The notes under the pieces are model-generated. The model was not told where the DNA came from, did not search any database, and was given only the letters and a program-made list of their open reading frames with translations. A stretch of 64,000 nucleotides of DNA from a bacterium. GTDB taxonomy: Archaea; Thermoplasmatota; E2; JACPAO01; JAHFTW01. A program made the position numbers and the translations under genes. This document shows positions 26,057-35,517 of the stretch, in pieces (the stretch's first letter is position 1; the number at the start of each line of letters is the position of its first letter). The stretch spans positions 378,930 to 442,929 of the forward strand of contig JAZJZE010000009.1 of the NCBI GenBank assembly GCA_040390065.1, written 5' to 3'.

Positions 26057-26455
26057 GTGCCCCACGTGCAGTCCATGGCCATCCGGTTCCGCGACATCGA
26101 TGCGCTGGACCACGTCAACCACGCCGTCATCCTCACCTACGCCGAGACCGTGCGCTGCGACTGGTTCGCCGCGAAGGGCTGGACGAGCATGGCCAACCTC
26201 CCGTTCATCATCGCCTCGGCGCACGTCGACTACAAGGCGCCCATCCCGAAGACGGCGGACCTGGAAGTGCGCATGTGGGTGAGTCGGTTCGGCAGCAAGT
26301 CCTGGGATTTCGACTACGAGGTGCGCGACCGGGCGTCGGGCACGCTGTTTGCGTTGGTCAAGACGGTCCAGGTCGGCTACGATTACGCGGCGCGGGCCTC
26401 GATGACAATCCCACCCAAGTTGCGGACCCTGCTTGAAGAGCTTGGCTCTGCGTGA
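26057..26455 (+). CDS. Acyl-CoA thioesterase (4HBT/hotdog family)
   Basis: IRFRDIDALDHVNHAVILTYAE, HVDYKAP. Confidence 0.85.
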   Translation: MPHVQSMAIRFRDIDALDHVNHAVILTYAETVRCDWFAAKGWTSMANLPFIIASAHVDYKAPIPKTADLEVRMWVSRFGSKSWDFDYEVRDRASGTLFALVKTVQVGYDYAARASMTIPPKLRTLLEELGSA

Positions 26456-26510
26456 TTCCACCAACAGTCGATTTTAACTCCAGGCCCTACAAATGCGGTA
26501 CTCGAAGCCC

Positions 26511-27065
26511 ATGGCACTCGAATGGCTCTGGATCGGACTCGTCGTCCTCGTCGTCATCCTCATTCTGTACTTCTTCAGCGCCGTCAACCGCTTCACGCGG
26601 TACGGAAACGCCATCGACAACGCCTGGGCGCAAATCGACGTGCAGCTGCAGCGCAGGGGCGACTTGATCCCCAACCTCATCGAGACCGTGAAGGGTTACG
26701 CTGCCCACGAGAAGGGCGTCTTCACCGCCGTCTCCAACGCACGCGCCGCAATGATCGGGGCCAAGAGTCCGCAAGAGAAGATGGCCGCCTCCGGCATCCT
26801 CGACCAGGCCCTCGGCAAACTGTTCGCCATCAGTGAGGCCTACCCGGAACTGAAGGCCAACACGAACTTCCTGCAACTGCAGGACGAACTGTCGCACACG
26901 GAGAACACCATCGCGTTCTCGCGCCAGAACTACAACGACTCGGTGCTGCGCTACAACAACGCCATCCAGACGTACCCGGGCAAGTGGTTCGCAGGCTCGC
27001 GCACGACGCGCCAGATGCTGGCCGTCCCCGAGGCGTCCAAGGCCGTCCCCAAGGTCGCGTTCTGA
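26511..27065 (+). CDS. lemA: LemA family protein
   Basis: NAWAQIDVQLQRRGDLIPNL, EAYPELKANTNF, SRQNYND. Confidence 0.92.
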   Translation: MALEWLWIGLVVLVVILILYFFSAVNRFTRYGNAIDNAWAQIDVQLQRRGDLIPNLIETVKGYAAHEKGVFTAVSNARAAMIGAKSPQEKMAASGILDQALGKLFAISEAYPELKANTNFLQLQDELSHTENTIAFSRQNYNDSVLRYNNAIQTYPGKWFAGSRTTRQMLAVPEASKAVPKVAF

Positions 27066-27071
27066 GTCCGC

Positions 27072-27980
27072 ATGGCCATGATGCTCGATGAGCAGATCCG
27101 CCACAACAAGGTGGCGACGGTCAGGCTCTTTGTCTTGGTCTTCCTGATTCTGGCCGGCATGGTCTTCGCCGTCGGCATCCTGCTGCACACGCCGCCCATC
27201 ATCACGGGCATCTTCGCCCTCGTCTTCGGCCTGCTGTACCTGGCGATCGCAAGCGCATCGTCCGTGCCCGCCATCCTGGCCGCTGCCAGGGCGCGGCCGG
27301 CAAATCCCGCCGTCCGGGAAGAGAAACTCCTCATCTACGCCGTGGAGGAGATGAGCATCGCGGCCGGCATCCGACCGGTCCCCAAGGTGTACGTGCAGGA
27401 GGATGACGACATCAACGCGTTTGCCACCGGCCGCAACCCGAAAGAGGCCATCGTCTGCGCCACGACCGGAGCCCTCAAGCGGCTCAACCAGGAGGAGCTG
27501 CAGGGCGTCATCGGGCACGAGCTGTCGCACATCCGCAACCAGGACATCAAGGTCACGACGTACGCCATCGCGCTCATCGGCCTCATCGCCATGATTGGCG
27601 AGATCGCGGTGCGCTCCCTGTTCTTCGGCGGCGGGCGGCGGGGCGGTCGCGAAGGCGGTGGCGGCGCGCAGATTCTCATCTTCCTCGCGGCCATCGCCTT
27701 CGTCATCCTCGGCGTCGTGCTGTCGCGCATGGTGTACTTCGCCATCAGCCGCCGCCGCGAGTACCTGGCCGACGCGTCGGGCGCGGAACTCACGCGCAAC
27801 CCCGAAGGCCTCGCGTCGGCGCTGGAGAAGATCGCTGCCAGCCAGCCGACGCCCAACCGCGGCGACCGCACCGTGGCCAGCCTCTATCTGGACAACCCAT
27901 TCCGCCGCCTGAATGCGAATTCCGTCTGGTCCACGCACCCGCCAATCGACCAGCGCATTGCCCGCCTGCGTGGCCGCTAG
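27072..27980 (+). CDS. htpX: M48 zinc metalloprotease HtpX
   Basis: NAFATGR, GHELSH, SRRREYLAD, STHPP. Confidence 0.9.
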   Translation: MAMMLDEQIRHNKVATVRLFVLVFLILAGMVFAVGILLHTPPIITGIFALVFGLLYLAIASASSVPAILAAARARPANPAVREEKLLIYAVEEMSIAAGIRPVPKVYVQEDDDINAFATGRNPKEAIVCATTGALKRLNQEELQGVIGHELSHIRNQDIKVTTYAIALIGLIAMIGEIAVRSLFFGGGRRGGREGGGGAQILIFLAAIAFVILGVVLSRMVYFAISRRREYLADASGAELTRNPEGLASALEKIAASQPTPNRGDRTVASLYLDNPFRRLNANSVWSTHPPIDQRIARLRGR

Positions 27981-28043
27981 CCTGCCCGGGCGGCAAGCCG
28001 GCCATCCACAACCCTTTTTCACGTCCACGTCTGGCCTTTGGTC

Positions 28044-29711
28044 ATGAAGATGGCGCTCGCCCTTGCGGCCCTGTTCGCCCTCACGGCGTTCGCGGGCTGC
28101 TCCGGCACGGACTCGACCGATTCGACCCCCACCGCCAAGGTGGTCCCGGACCTGTCCATCCTGTCCAAGGCGCAGTACGCCGTGAAGGCGCCGCAGGAGG
28201 TCTGGGTCTCCTCGTCCGTGGACGGCAAGCGCCTGGATAATGCCGTGTACCTCCCCGACGTCGCGGACGGAACCAAGGTCCCCGTCTTCATCAACTTCAG
28301 CCCCTACTGGGGCGACTCGGCGATGAACAAGGGTGACCACTTCGCGCAATACATGATCAGCGAATACGTGCCGCGTGGCTACGCCGTCGTCTTGTCCGCG
28401 GTCCGCGGCACCGGCCACAGCGAGGGCTGCTTCCAGATCGGCGGTGACCAGGAATTGAAGGACGCCTACGACGTCGTCGACTACTTTTCCAAGCAGCCGT
28501 GGTCCAACGGCAACGTCGGCGCAGGCGGAAAGTCCTACGACTCCACGACGCAGAATGGCCTCATCGCAAAGTTCCCGCACCCGGCCCTGAAGACGTTGTT
28601 CCACGTGTCCGGCATCACGGACATGTACCGCTACAACGCCAAGGCCGGCGTCGTGTACAACAATGGCCTCACCTTCAACACGATGTACGGCGCAGGCCAG
28701 GGGCTGGACGAGTACGGTCTGCCCGGTCTTGGCACACACTCGGACGGCACGAGCAACGCCGACGAGGACCAGGACAGCTTGGCCCGCGTCATCGACGACG
28801 CGGCGTGTGTCGAATTGCCAAAGGAGAACGCCTCCGGCGCCGGCACCGCGGCCGACGGCATGAAGGACGCCTACTGGCAGGAACGCGACTGGGTCAAGTT
28901 CCTGCCCCAAAGCACGTGGAACGGCTCCATCTTCTTCGTGCACGGTCTGCAGGACTGGAACGTCAAGCCGGACAACATCGACCCGTGGGTCGAGGAATTG
29001 CAGGCCAAGCACATCCAAGTGAAGGGCTGGCTTCACCAGGAGACCGACAACCTCGGCCACCTGTACCCGATGCGCACGGACTGGAACATCACGATGCTGC
29101 GCTGGCTCGACTGGTACCTCAAGGGCATCGACACGGGCATCCAGAACGAACTCGGCTTCGACGTGATGGGGAGCGACAAGGTTTGGCGGCATGACGATAC
29201 GTGGCCGCCGGCGGGGCGAGACTTGTCCATCCCCTCCATCTCGCCGGTCCCGGCCGACGGATACACGATTGCGGGGCTGGGAAACGGTACCCGCATCGCC
29301 GGGGTCCCCTACGTGAGTATTGGTGCATCGACCACCGGCCCGGACCCAGTCCTCCTCGCGGCGCTCTACGACGTAGGTGAAGGCAAGACGACCTGGCTCA
29401 ACGACGCCGTTGGACGGCCGGCTCTCAGGGCCGACCTGTCCGGCCCGAGCGGCTACGTTCCCGGCCCGGTGGCCGTGTTCAACCTGACGTTCTACCCGAT
29501 GGACTACGAGTTGAAGGCAGGCCATTCGCTCAAGCTGGTCGTTGGGCTAGATCCGACGCGGCAGGAGACGCAAGACATGGCGGATTTCGAGTACACGCCA
29601 TCGCAGGCGGCCGGCACGACGTACAGCATGGCAGTCCTGCACTTGCCCATCATCTCTAGCGGCGCGGTCCTTTCGCCCCAGCCCATCCACATGAAGTGCT
29701 TCGCCTGCTAG
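28044..29711 (+). CDS. CocE/NonD (Xaa-Pro dipeptidyl-peptidase-like) hydrolase lipoprotein
   Basis: FAGC lipobox, RGTGHSEGC, GKSYD nucleophile motif, HGLQDWNVK. Confidence 0.8.
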   Translation: MKMALALAALFALTAFAGCSGTDSTDSTPTAKVVPDLSILSKAQYAVKAPQEVWVSSSVDGKRLDNAVYLPDVADGTKVPVFINFSPYWGDSAMNKGDHFAQYMISEYVPRGYAVVLSAVRGTGHSEGCFQIGGDQELKDAYDVVDYFSKQPWSNGNVGAGGKSYDSTTQNGLIAKFPHPALKTLFHVSGITDMYRYNAKAGVVYNNGLTFNTMYGAGQGLDEYGLPGLGTHSDGTSNADEDQDSLARVIDDAACVELPKENASGAGTAADGMKDAYWQERDWVKFLPQSTWNGSIFFVHGLQDWNVKPDNIDPWVEELQAKHIQVKGWLHQETDNLGHLYPMRTDWNITMLRWLDWYLKGIDTGIQNELGFDVMGSDKVWRHDDTWPPAGRDLSIPSISPVPADGYTIAGLGNGTRIAGVPYVSIGASTTGPDPVLLAALYDVGEGKTTWLNDAVGRPALRADLSGPSGYVPGPVAVFNLTFYPMDYELKAGHSLKLVVGLDPTRQETQDMADFEYTPSQAAGTTYSMAVLHLPIISSGAVLSPQPIHMKCFAC

Positions 29712-30628
29712 CAGTAGTCGCTTTGCTTGCCGCTCTCTTGCGAGCCGCCAGGGAGGTCCCGCGCCTTGGCGGAATCCGTCGGGCCGAACCAATCGAGCCA
29801 GCAGACGGCATGCGTGTCGAAGCCGTCGCTGTACTGTGACCACTCTGGCCGCAGGGTCTTGCCGTTCGTGTGGCGCAGGTCGAGCACGCCGAAATCGACG
29901 AAGACGTTGAGGTTGGCCTCGAAGCCGACCGCGGTGGCAAGAAGGTCGCCTGCGTGGACATGGACGGGCGGATCGACATCGTAGTACTGGGTCTTGTTGA
30001 AGCCGATGATGAGCGGCAGGGCGTCCGCAATGGCGCGGAATTCCGGAGACAAGCGACGCAGGTGGCCGAACGTGTACATGATGCCGCATGGGGCGATGAA
30101 CTCGAATCCGTCCTGCTCTTCGAGGCCATAGGGGGCGCCGATGTCGGTGCCGTTGCGCATGGCGTGCGTGCCCCGGACGACGTAGGCGTCGAACGGCAAA
30201 CGGACGGTCACGTTGTTGTCCGTGTTGTTGTCGAAGCGGAAGCCGCCGTGCAGCTTGAAGGCGTTGCCGCGCACCTGGCCAGGATACAGGATGGCCGTCG
30301 CCACGCCGAGGTCAACTGGTGTGGCCAGCACGAGCGGGTCTGGGCACGGCGGCGGTGTGCCACTCGGGATCCAGTCCCCGCTTGCGCCAAGGTGCCAAGT
30401 GACCTCCCGACCCGGACCGGGGGTCGTGGCGTTCGCAGCGGGCGGTGGCATCAAGGGATCCACGGGAGGCGCCGTCGTTTGTGCTAGCGACGTGGAGGGC
30501 TGCGTGCTCGTCCCTGAGGTTGCGACGTTGGCTGGCGCCGTGCAGCCCGCCAGGACAAGAATGGCAATGGCCATCACGACGCGGGGCACCGGCCTGGATG
30601 GCCGTTCGGGGGCCATAAGCAGGAGCAT
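29708..30628 (-). CDS. Lipoprotein, unknown function (start uncertain)
   Basis: LAGC lipobox, Thr/Pro linker, globular domain HGGFRFD...FGHL. Confidence 0.65.
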   Translation of the reverse strand: MLLLMAPERPSRPVPRVVMAIAILVLAGCTAPANVATSGTSTQPSTSLAQTTAPPVDPLMPPPAANATTPGPGREVTWHLGASGDWIPSGTPPPCPDPLVLATPVDLGVATAILYPGQVRGNAFKLHGGFRFDNNTDNNVTVRLPFDAYVVRGTHAMRNGTDIGAPYGLEEQDGFEFIAPCGIMYTFGHLRRLSPEFRAIADALPLIIGFNKTQYYDVDPPVHVHAGDLLATAVGFEANLNVFVDFGVLDLRHTNGKTLRPEWSQYSDGFDTHAVCWLDWFGPTDSAKARDLPGGSQESGKQSDYC

Positions 30629-30671
30629 TCGGGGGCCGCCAGGTTAAAGGTCGCCCTTCGGTCCCGCAACC

Positions 30672-31823
30672 GTGGCCAACGCCAAGATCGTCTCCGCCCC
30701 CGGCGACGGCGTCGGGAAGGAAGTCATCGCGGCGGCACACGACGTGCTTGCGGCCGTGCAGGAAAAGCACGGTTTCCACCTCGACATCCAACACGTGGAA
30801 TGCGGCGCTCAGTACTACTCCAAGACCGGCCACGAATGGCAGGAAGGCGGACTTGCGGCCTGCGGTGAGGCGGACGCGGTCCTGCTCGGCGCCGTGGGTT
30901 GGCCCGGCGTGTCGCTGCCGGATGGCAACATCGCGGGTTGGAACGTCATCTTCGGCCTCCGTCTCGGCCTGGACCTCTACGCCAACGTCCGGCCGTGCAA
31001 ACTGTTCCCCGGCGTGCCGCACAAGGTCTCGGAGAAGTTCATGCAGGTCTGGGAGCCCAAGAACGTCGAGATGATCCTGTTCCGCGAGAACACCGAGGGT
31101 TCGTACACGCCGACGCGAGGCGCCTTGAAACGCGCGGGAATCGAGGAGGTCGCCGTCGACGCCCGCGTCATCACGCGCAAGGGCGCAACGCGCATCGCAG
31201 AGCGAGCCTTCGAAGCCGCCCAAGCACGCCGCGCCGAACGCAAGGCCGCTGGATTGTCCCACCCGTCCACACCGGGCAACACGGATGCGGCCAAGGTGAC
31301 GTGCGTCGACAAGTCGAACGTGCGCGCCGGCTGCCGCCTGTTCCGCGCCTGCTACGACGAGGTCGGCGTCAAGCATCCGGCAATCACGCGGGACTACGCG
31401 TACGTCGACGCATTCACGCAGAGCCTCGTCCGCAATCCGGAGTGGTACGACGTCGTCGTGGCGCCAAACATGCTGGGTGACATCGTGACCGACCTCGCCG
31501 CCGTCTTGCAGGGCGGCATGGGAATGGCTGCGTCGGGCAACATTGGGGACCACCACGCCATGTTCGAGCCCGTGCACGGCAGCGCGCCCAAGCACGCCGG
31601 CAAGGACCAGATCAACCCATACGCTTCCATCCTGACGGCCGGCATGATGCTGCAGCACGTCGGCACAAAGAAGGGCGACAAGCGCATGTTGGCGGGAGCG
31701 GCCGCGGTCGAAGCAGCCGTGGCCTCCTGCCTGAAGCGCGGCGTCTTCACGTACGACCTCGGCGGCGCGTACAAGTGCTCGGCCGTCGGCAAGGAAGTCG
31801 CGACGACCATCAAGGGGTCGTAG
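30672..31823 (+). CDS. Isocitrate/isopropylmalate/tartrate dehydrogenase family protein
   Basis: PGDGVGKEV, LDLYANVRP, RENTEG, DKSNV, PNMLGDIVTD, FEPVHGSAP. Confidence 0.9.
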   Translation: MANAKIVSAPGDGVGKEVIAAAHDVLAAVQEKHGFHLDIQHVECGAQYYSKTGHEWQEGGLAACGEADAVLLGAVGWPGVSLPDGNIAGWNVIFGLRLGLDLYANVRPCKLFPGVPHKVSEKFMQVWEPKNVEMILFRENTEGSYTPTRGALKRAGIEEVAVDARVITRKGATRIAERAFEAAQARRAERKAAGLSHPSTPGNTDAAKVTCVDKSNVRAGCRLFRACYDEVGVKHPAITRDYAYVDAFTQSLVRNPEWYDVVVAPNMLGDIVTDLAAVLQGGMGMAASGNIGDHHAMFEPVHGSAPKHAGKDQINPYASILTAGMMLQHVGTKKGDKRMLAGAAAVEAAVASCLKRGVFTYDLGGAYKCSAVGKEVATTIKGS

Positions 31824-33168
31824 CCGAAGCCAACGGGAGCCGGATCCAGAACACCGATCCTTTGCCGGGCCCGTCGCTGCGGCAGCCAATGGCTCCGCCC
31901 TGGTGCTCGACGATGCCCTTGCTGATGTACAGTCCAAGCCCGCTGCCGCCGACGGTGGTCGCGCCCAAGTCATGCACCTGAACGAACGGGGAGAACAAGC
32001 GCTGCACGTCTGTAGCGGCAATGCCCAGCCCGGAATCGATGACCTCGACGGCCGCGTGGCCTGCCTCGGCGCGGGCAGCGAGGCGGATCTGGCCGCCTCG
32101 TGGCGTGAACTTCACGGCGTTGTGCAGCAGGTTTCCGACGACCTGGTGCAGGCGATCGGCATCGCCGCGCACCCACAGGCCCGGTGCAACGTCGACTTCG
32201 AGCCGTAACCCGGCCATGCGCACGACTTCGTGGTAGTCCGCCGCAGCGTCGTCCAGGACACGGGAGAAATCGACTCTGTCCATCGCCATGGGGAGGCGGT
32301 CCGCCTGGATGCGTGAACTATCCAAGACGTCCTTCAGAAGGTCGCGCAGACGGTGGAGGTTGCGCTCGAGGACGCCCAGCGAATGCAGTTGCTCCTCCGT
32401 CATGCCGGCAGACGCCCCGCGAAGCACGCTCAGTTGCAGCAGGATGGGAGTCATAGGCGTCGCAAGTTCGTGGGCGGCGGTGTTGATGAAATGCGTCTTG
32501 AGTTCGTTGACGCGCCGCATCGTCTCGACGTCGCGGGCCGCCAGTTGCGCGTGTTCGAGTTCGATGCGCCGCTGATGTTCCGCCAGGCGCAACCCCTCCA
32601 GGCGGCTGTAGGTACGGAAACGCACGCCGTGCGCAACGACGGCGATGACCGTGGAGCTGGCCAGGATGTAGCCGTACTGCGCCCAATCCGGCGAGGCCGC
32701 GAGGTGGCCCGTGTGCAGACCCCAGGCGACTTCCGCGACCCAGAGGAAGTTGGACAGGACGAGGAGGGCGATGACCCACGGCCAAGACAGAAGGACGAGC
32801 GCAATGCCCACTTGGAGAAGCGCCAGGCCGGCGGTCTGGACCGGGGTGGCGACCGTCCAGACGTTGACGAGGACGTACGGCACGACTGCGAGCCCCATGA
32901 GGCCGGCGGCAAGGTTGGCGCGCCGGGCGGCGGCATCCGCGCGGCGCACGGCCAGGAAGACGCCCAGGAAGACGGCGGCTAGGGCGAGGTCCATCACGGC
33001 GGAGATGTGGCCGACCGGGGCCGGCTCCGTGTAGAACCAATCGAACGGCGAGAACAGGAGAAAGAGCGGCGCAAGCCACGCCGTGAGCAGGCGCACTCCC
33101 TGCAGGACGACTTGCCGCAGACCGTCGTCGACGGCGGCCGCCAGGTCATCGTCCTGCGGCGAGGCCAC
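31810..33168 (-). CDS. Membrane sensor histidine kinase
   Basis: About 6 TM; FINTAAHELATP H-box, NLLHNAVKF, DSGLGI, GSGLGL; CTTGAAATA box upstream of GTG 33168. Confidence 0.88.
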   Translation of the reverse strand: MASPQDDDLAAAVDDGLRQVVLQGVRLLTAWLAPLFLLFSPFDWFYTEPAPVGHISAVMDLALAAVFLGVFLAVRRADAAARRANLAAGLMGLAVVPYVLVNVWTVATPVQTAGLALLQVGIALVLLSWPWVIALLVLSNFLWVAEVAWGLHTGHLAASPDWAQYGYILASSTVIAVVAHGVRFRTYSRLEGLRLAEHQRRIELEHAQLAARDVETMRRVNELKTHFINTAAHELATPMTPILLQLSVLRGASAGMTEEQLHSLGVLERNLHRLRDLLKDVLDSSRIQADRLPMAMDRVDFSRVLDDAAADYHEVVRMAGLRLEVDVAPGLWVRGDADRLHQVVGNLLHNAVKFTPRGGQIRLAARAEAGHAAVEVIDSGLGIAATDVQRLFSPFVQVHDLGATTVGGSGLGLYISKGIVEHQGGAIGCRSDGPGKGSVFWIRLPLASATTP

Positions 33169-33224
33169 GACAGTGAAACGGGACGCGTCTATTTCAAGAC
33201 GGAGCCGGCGGACCAAACGGACGG

Positions 33225-34181
33225 CTACGTGTGCGTCGGGCGTTTGGGGGGAGCCGTCAGGCGGTCGAGCGACGACCGGCCCGAGGGTTCGAGGTAAACG
33301 TAGCGCAGGGAGGGCACGGCGTCGATGAGCTGCTCCTCCAGGCGCCGCAGGATCGTGGCCACCTGGCCTCCAGAGACGTCCGCGTGCAGTTCGATCTCGG
33401 CGCCAAGGAGCACGACCTCCGGGGCGAGGTGCATGCTTTGCAGGTTCACAAGACGCGCCACGGCCGGGTCCTCGGCGAAGATGCGCGTCACCTTGGCGAG
33501 TTCGAGCTTTCCAAGGCCCCGGCCGATGAGGAGGCCCTTGACTTGATTGCCGAGGAAGAAGGCGAAGCCCATGAGGAGCAAGCCGATGGCGACGCTGCCG
33601 AGTCCGTCCCAGATCGGGTCCCCCGTCCAGTACGTCAGGAGCACGGCCGCCGCGGCCAGGGGCAGACCGATGAGGGCAAGCGCGTCCTCGACGATGACGG
33701 TGAGGATGGAGGCGTCGCGGTTCTCGCGCAGGAACTCGCGCACGCTGGTCACGCCCCGCTTGAGCGCTGCACGTCTCGCTTCGCGCAGGGCGACGCTGAG
33801 GCTCGCCAGTTCGATCGCAAACGAGATGGCCAAGACGATGAGGGACAACTTGGGATCGCCGACGTCGTTCGGGTGGCGCATCTTGTCCACGCCCTCGAAG
33901 GCGGAGTAGGCACCCGCCACGCCAAACAACAGGATGGCGACCATGAACGGCCAGAAGTAGGCAGCCTTCGACGTGCCGAAGGGATGCTCCGCCGAGGGAG
34001 GCTGCTCGGAGCGGGCCATGCCCAACAGGAGGAGGAGCTGGTTGCCGACGTCGGAGAAGCTGTGCGCCGCTTCGGCGAGCATTGCGGCGGAATTGGCGAG
34101 CACGCCAGCCACGAGCTTGACGACGGCGATGAGCAAATTGCCAAGGAGCGCTGCGACGACGGCGAGACGTGATTCAGCCAA
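33225..34181 (-). CDS. Cation diffusion facilitator transporter
   Basis: MLAEAAHSFSDVGNQ, HPFG, EDALAL, WDGLGS. Confidence 0.88.
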   Translation of the reverse strand: MAESRLAVVAALLGNLLIAVVKLVAGVLANSAAMLAEAAHSFSDVGNQLLLLLGMARSEQPPSAEHPFGTSKAAYFWPFMVAILLFGVAGAYSAFEGVDKMRHPNDVGDPKLSLIVLAISFAIELASLSVALREARRAALKRGVTSVREFLRENRDASILTVIVEDALALIGLPLAAAAVLLTYWTGDPIWDGLGSVAIGLLLMGFAFFLGNQVKGLLIGRGLGKLELAKVTRIFAEDPAVARLVNLQSMHLAPEVVLLGAEIELHADVSGGQVATILRRLEEQLIDAVPSLRYVYLEPSGRSSLDRLTAPPKRPTHT

Positions 34182-34218
34182 TGGACGGGCGACGACACCG
34201 GAGGGGAAGAAGGATGCG

Positions 34219-35370
34219 CTAGTGCGGCTTCGGCGGCCATTCGTATTGGCCGTTGTCGACCGCAGCCCGCAAGGCTCGCGCCTGGTCCTTGAGGAGGTCG
34301 GGCACGTGTTCGTAGACGTCGTAGAACATGGATTCCGGGGGCGGCAGGTGCGCGGCTTCGGCCTCCTTGATGGCGACGTCGACCTCGCGGTCGAGTTCCA
34401 ACTGCATCTGCTCTTCCCACTTCTCGCTCCAGATGCTGCGCGACCGCAGGTGCCGGCGCAGGATCTCGACGGGGTCGCGCTTGAGCCATTTCTGGTATTC
34501 GCCCTCGTCACGGTACCGCGTCGGGTCGTCGCTCGTCGAGTGGGGCACGAGACGGTACGTCAGGGCTTCGATGAGTGTCGGGCCCTTGCCCGCGCGGGCA
34601 CGCTCGGCCGCCTGCGTGACGGCCGTGTGGACGGCGACGAGGTCGTTGCCGTCGACGAGGATGCCCGGCATGCCGTACGCCTGCGCCTTCTCGGCGTATG
34701 TCTTCGTGGCCGTCTGCTTGTCGTGCTGCACGGAGATGGCGAACTGGTTGTTCTGGCAGACGAAGATGCATGGCGCCTTCGTGACCGCAGCGAAGTTGAG
34801 GGCGCTGTGGAAGTCGTTCTCGCTCGTCGCGCCGTCGCCGAGGAAGCCGACCGCCACCTGCTGCGTGCCCTTGAGCTTCATGCCATAGGCTGCGCCGGCG
34901 GCGTGGGGGAGTTGCGTCGCGATGACGCTGGACCAGGAGACGTGGTTGATGCTGCGGTCCATGTAATGGCACGGCATCTGCCGGCCCTTCTGCAAGTCGT
35001 GCTCGTTGCCGAGGCACTGCGCCGCGTAGTGGCTGATCTTGAGGCCGCGGTACAGCGCCGCGGAGCCTTCACGCAGGGCGGGGAAGAGCCAGTCGTCGTC
35101 GCGCAACGCCATCGCGGTGCCAATCGGCGTTGCCTCTTGGCCTGTGCAGGCGCCGTAGAACCCGATGCGCCCTTGGCGCTGCAGATTGGTGAGCTTGTTG
35201 TCGAGTGTCCGCACCAGCAGCATCGTGCGGAACGCCTTGCGCAACATCTCGGGTGCAATCTTGGGGATCTCGACGCCCGCGACGCCGTCGCCGTCGCCGA
35301 GGAAACGCAGCATCGGCACCTCGGGGCTGGGCGCATTCACCTGGCCGAGCACCCACTTCGCGGCTGCCAC
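34219..35370 (-). CDS. pdhA: 2-oxoacid (pyruvate/branched-chain) dehydrogenase E1 alpha
   Basis: LQRQGRIGFY, GQEA, GRQMPCH, GDGATSE, NNQFAIS, PHSTSDDP. Confidence 0.88.
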   Translation of the reverse strand: MAAAKWVLGQVNAPSPEVPMLRFLGDGDGVAGVEIPKIAPEMLRKAFRTMLLVRTLDNKLTNLQRQGRIGFYGACTGQEATPIGTAMALRDDDWLFPALREGSAALYRGLKISHYAAQCLGNEHDLQKGRQMPCHYMDRSINHVSWSSVIATQLPHAAGAAYGMKLKGTQQVAVGFLGDGATSENDFHSALNFAAVTKAPCIFVCQNNQFAISVQHDKQTATKTYAEKAQAYGMPGILVDGNDLVAVHTAVTQAAERARAGKGPTLIEALTYRLVPHSTSDDPTRYRDEGEYQKWLKRDPVEILRRHLRSRSIWSEKWEEQMQLELDREVDVAIKEAEAAHLPPPESMFYDVYEHVPDLLKDQARALRAAVDNGQYEWPPKPH

Positions 35371-35433
35371 GCCTCCGAGAGGATGCTGCTGGATGAAAGG
35401 GCTTTGCTGGCGGGGCTGCTGGCTCGTCGCCGC

Positions 35434-35500
35434 GTCAACAGATGGAACAGATGAAACCGATGGGAAAGCGGCATCAGTTCCATCTGTTGCATCTGTTGAT
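35434..35500. repeat. Palindromic element family 1, intergenic copy
   Basis: GTCAACAGATGGAACAGATGAAACCGATG...CATCAGTTCCATCTGTTGCATCTGTTGAT. Confidence 0.85.
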
Positions 35501-35517
35501 GGGCCGAGGGTCCCGCG

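Noticed and set aside
26487-29525. 1012-aa minus-strand ORF and other long antisense ORFs (e.g. 58516-60381, 30312-32021, 44721-46397)
   Set aside because: Shadow frames of well-supported genes caused by high-GC codon bias
31810-33168. Histidine kinase without an adjacent response regulator
   Set aside because: Orphan kinases are common in archaea; nothing unusual in its motifs
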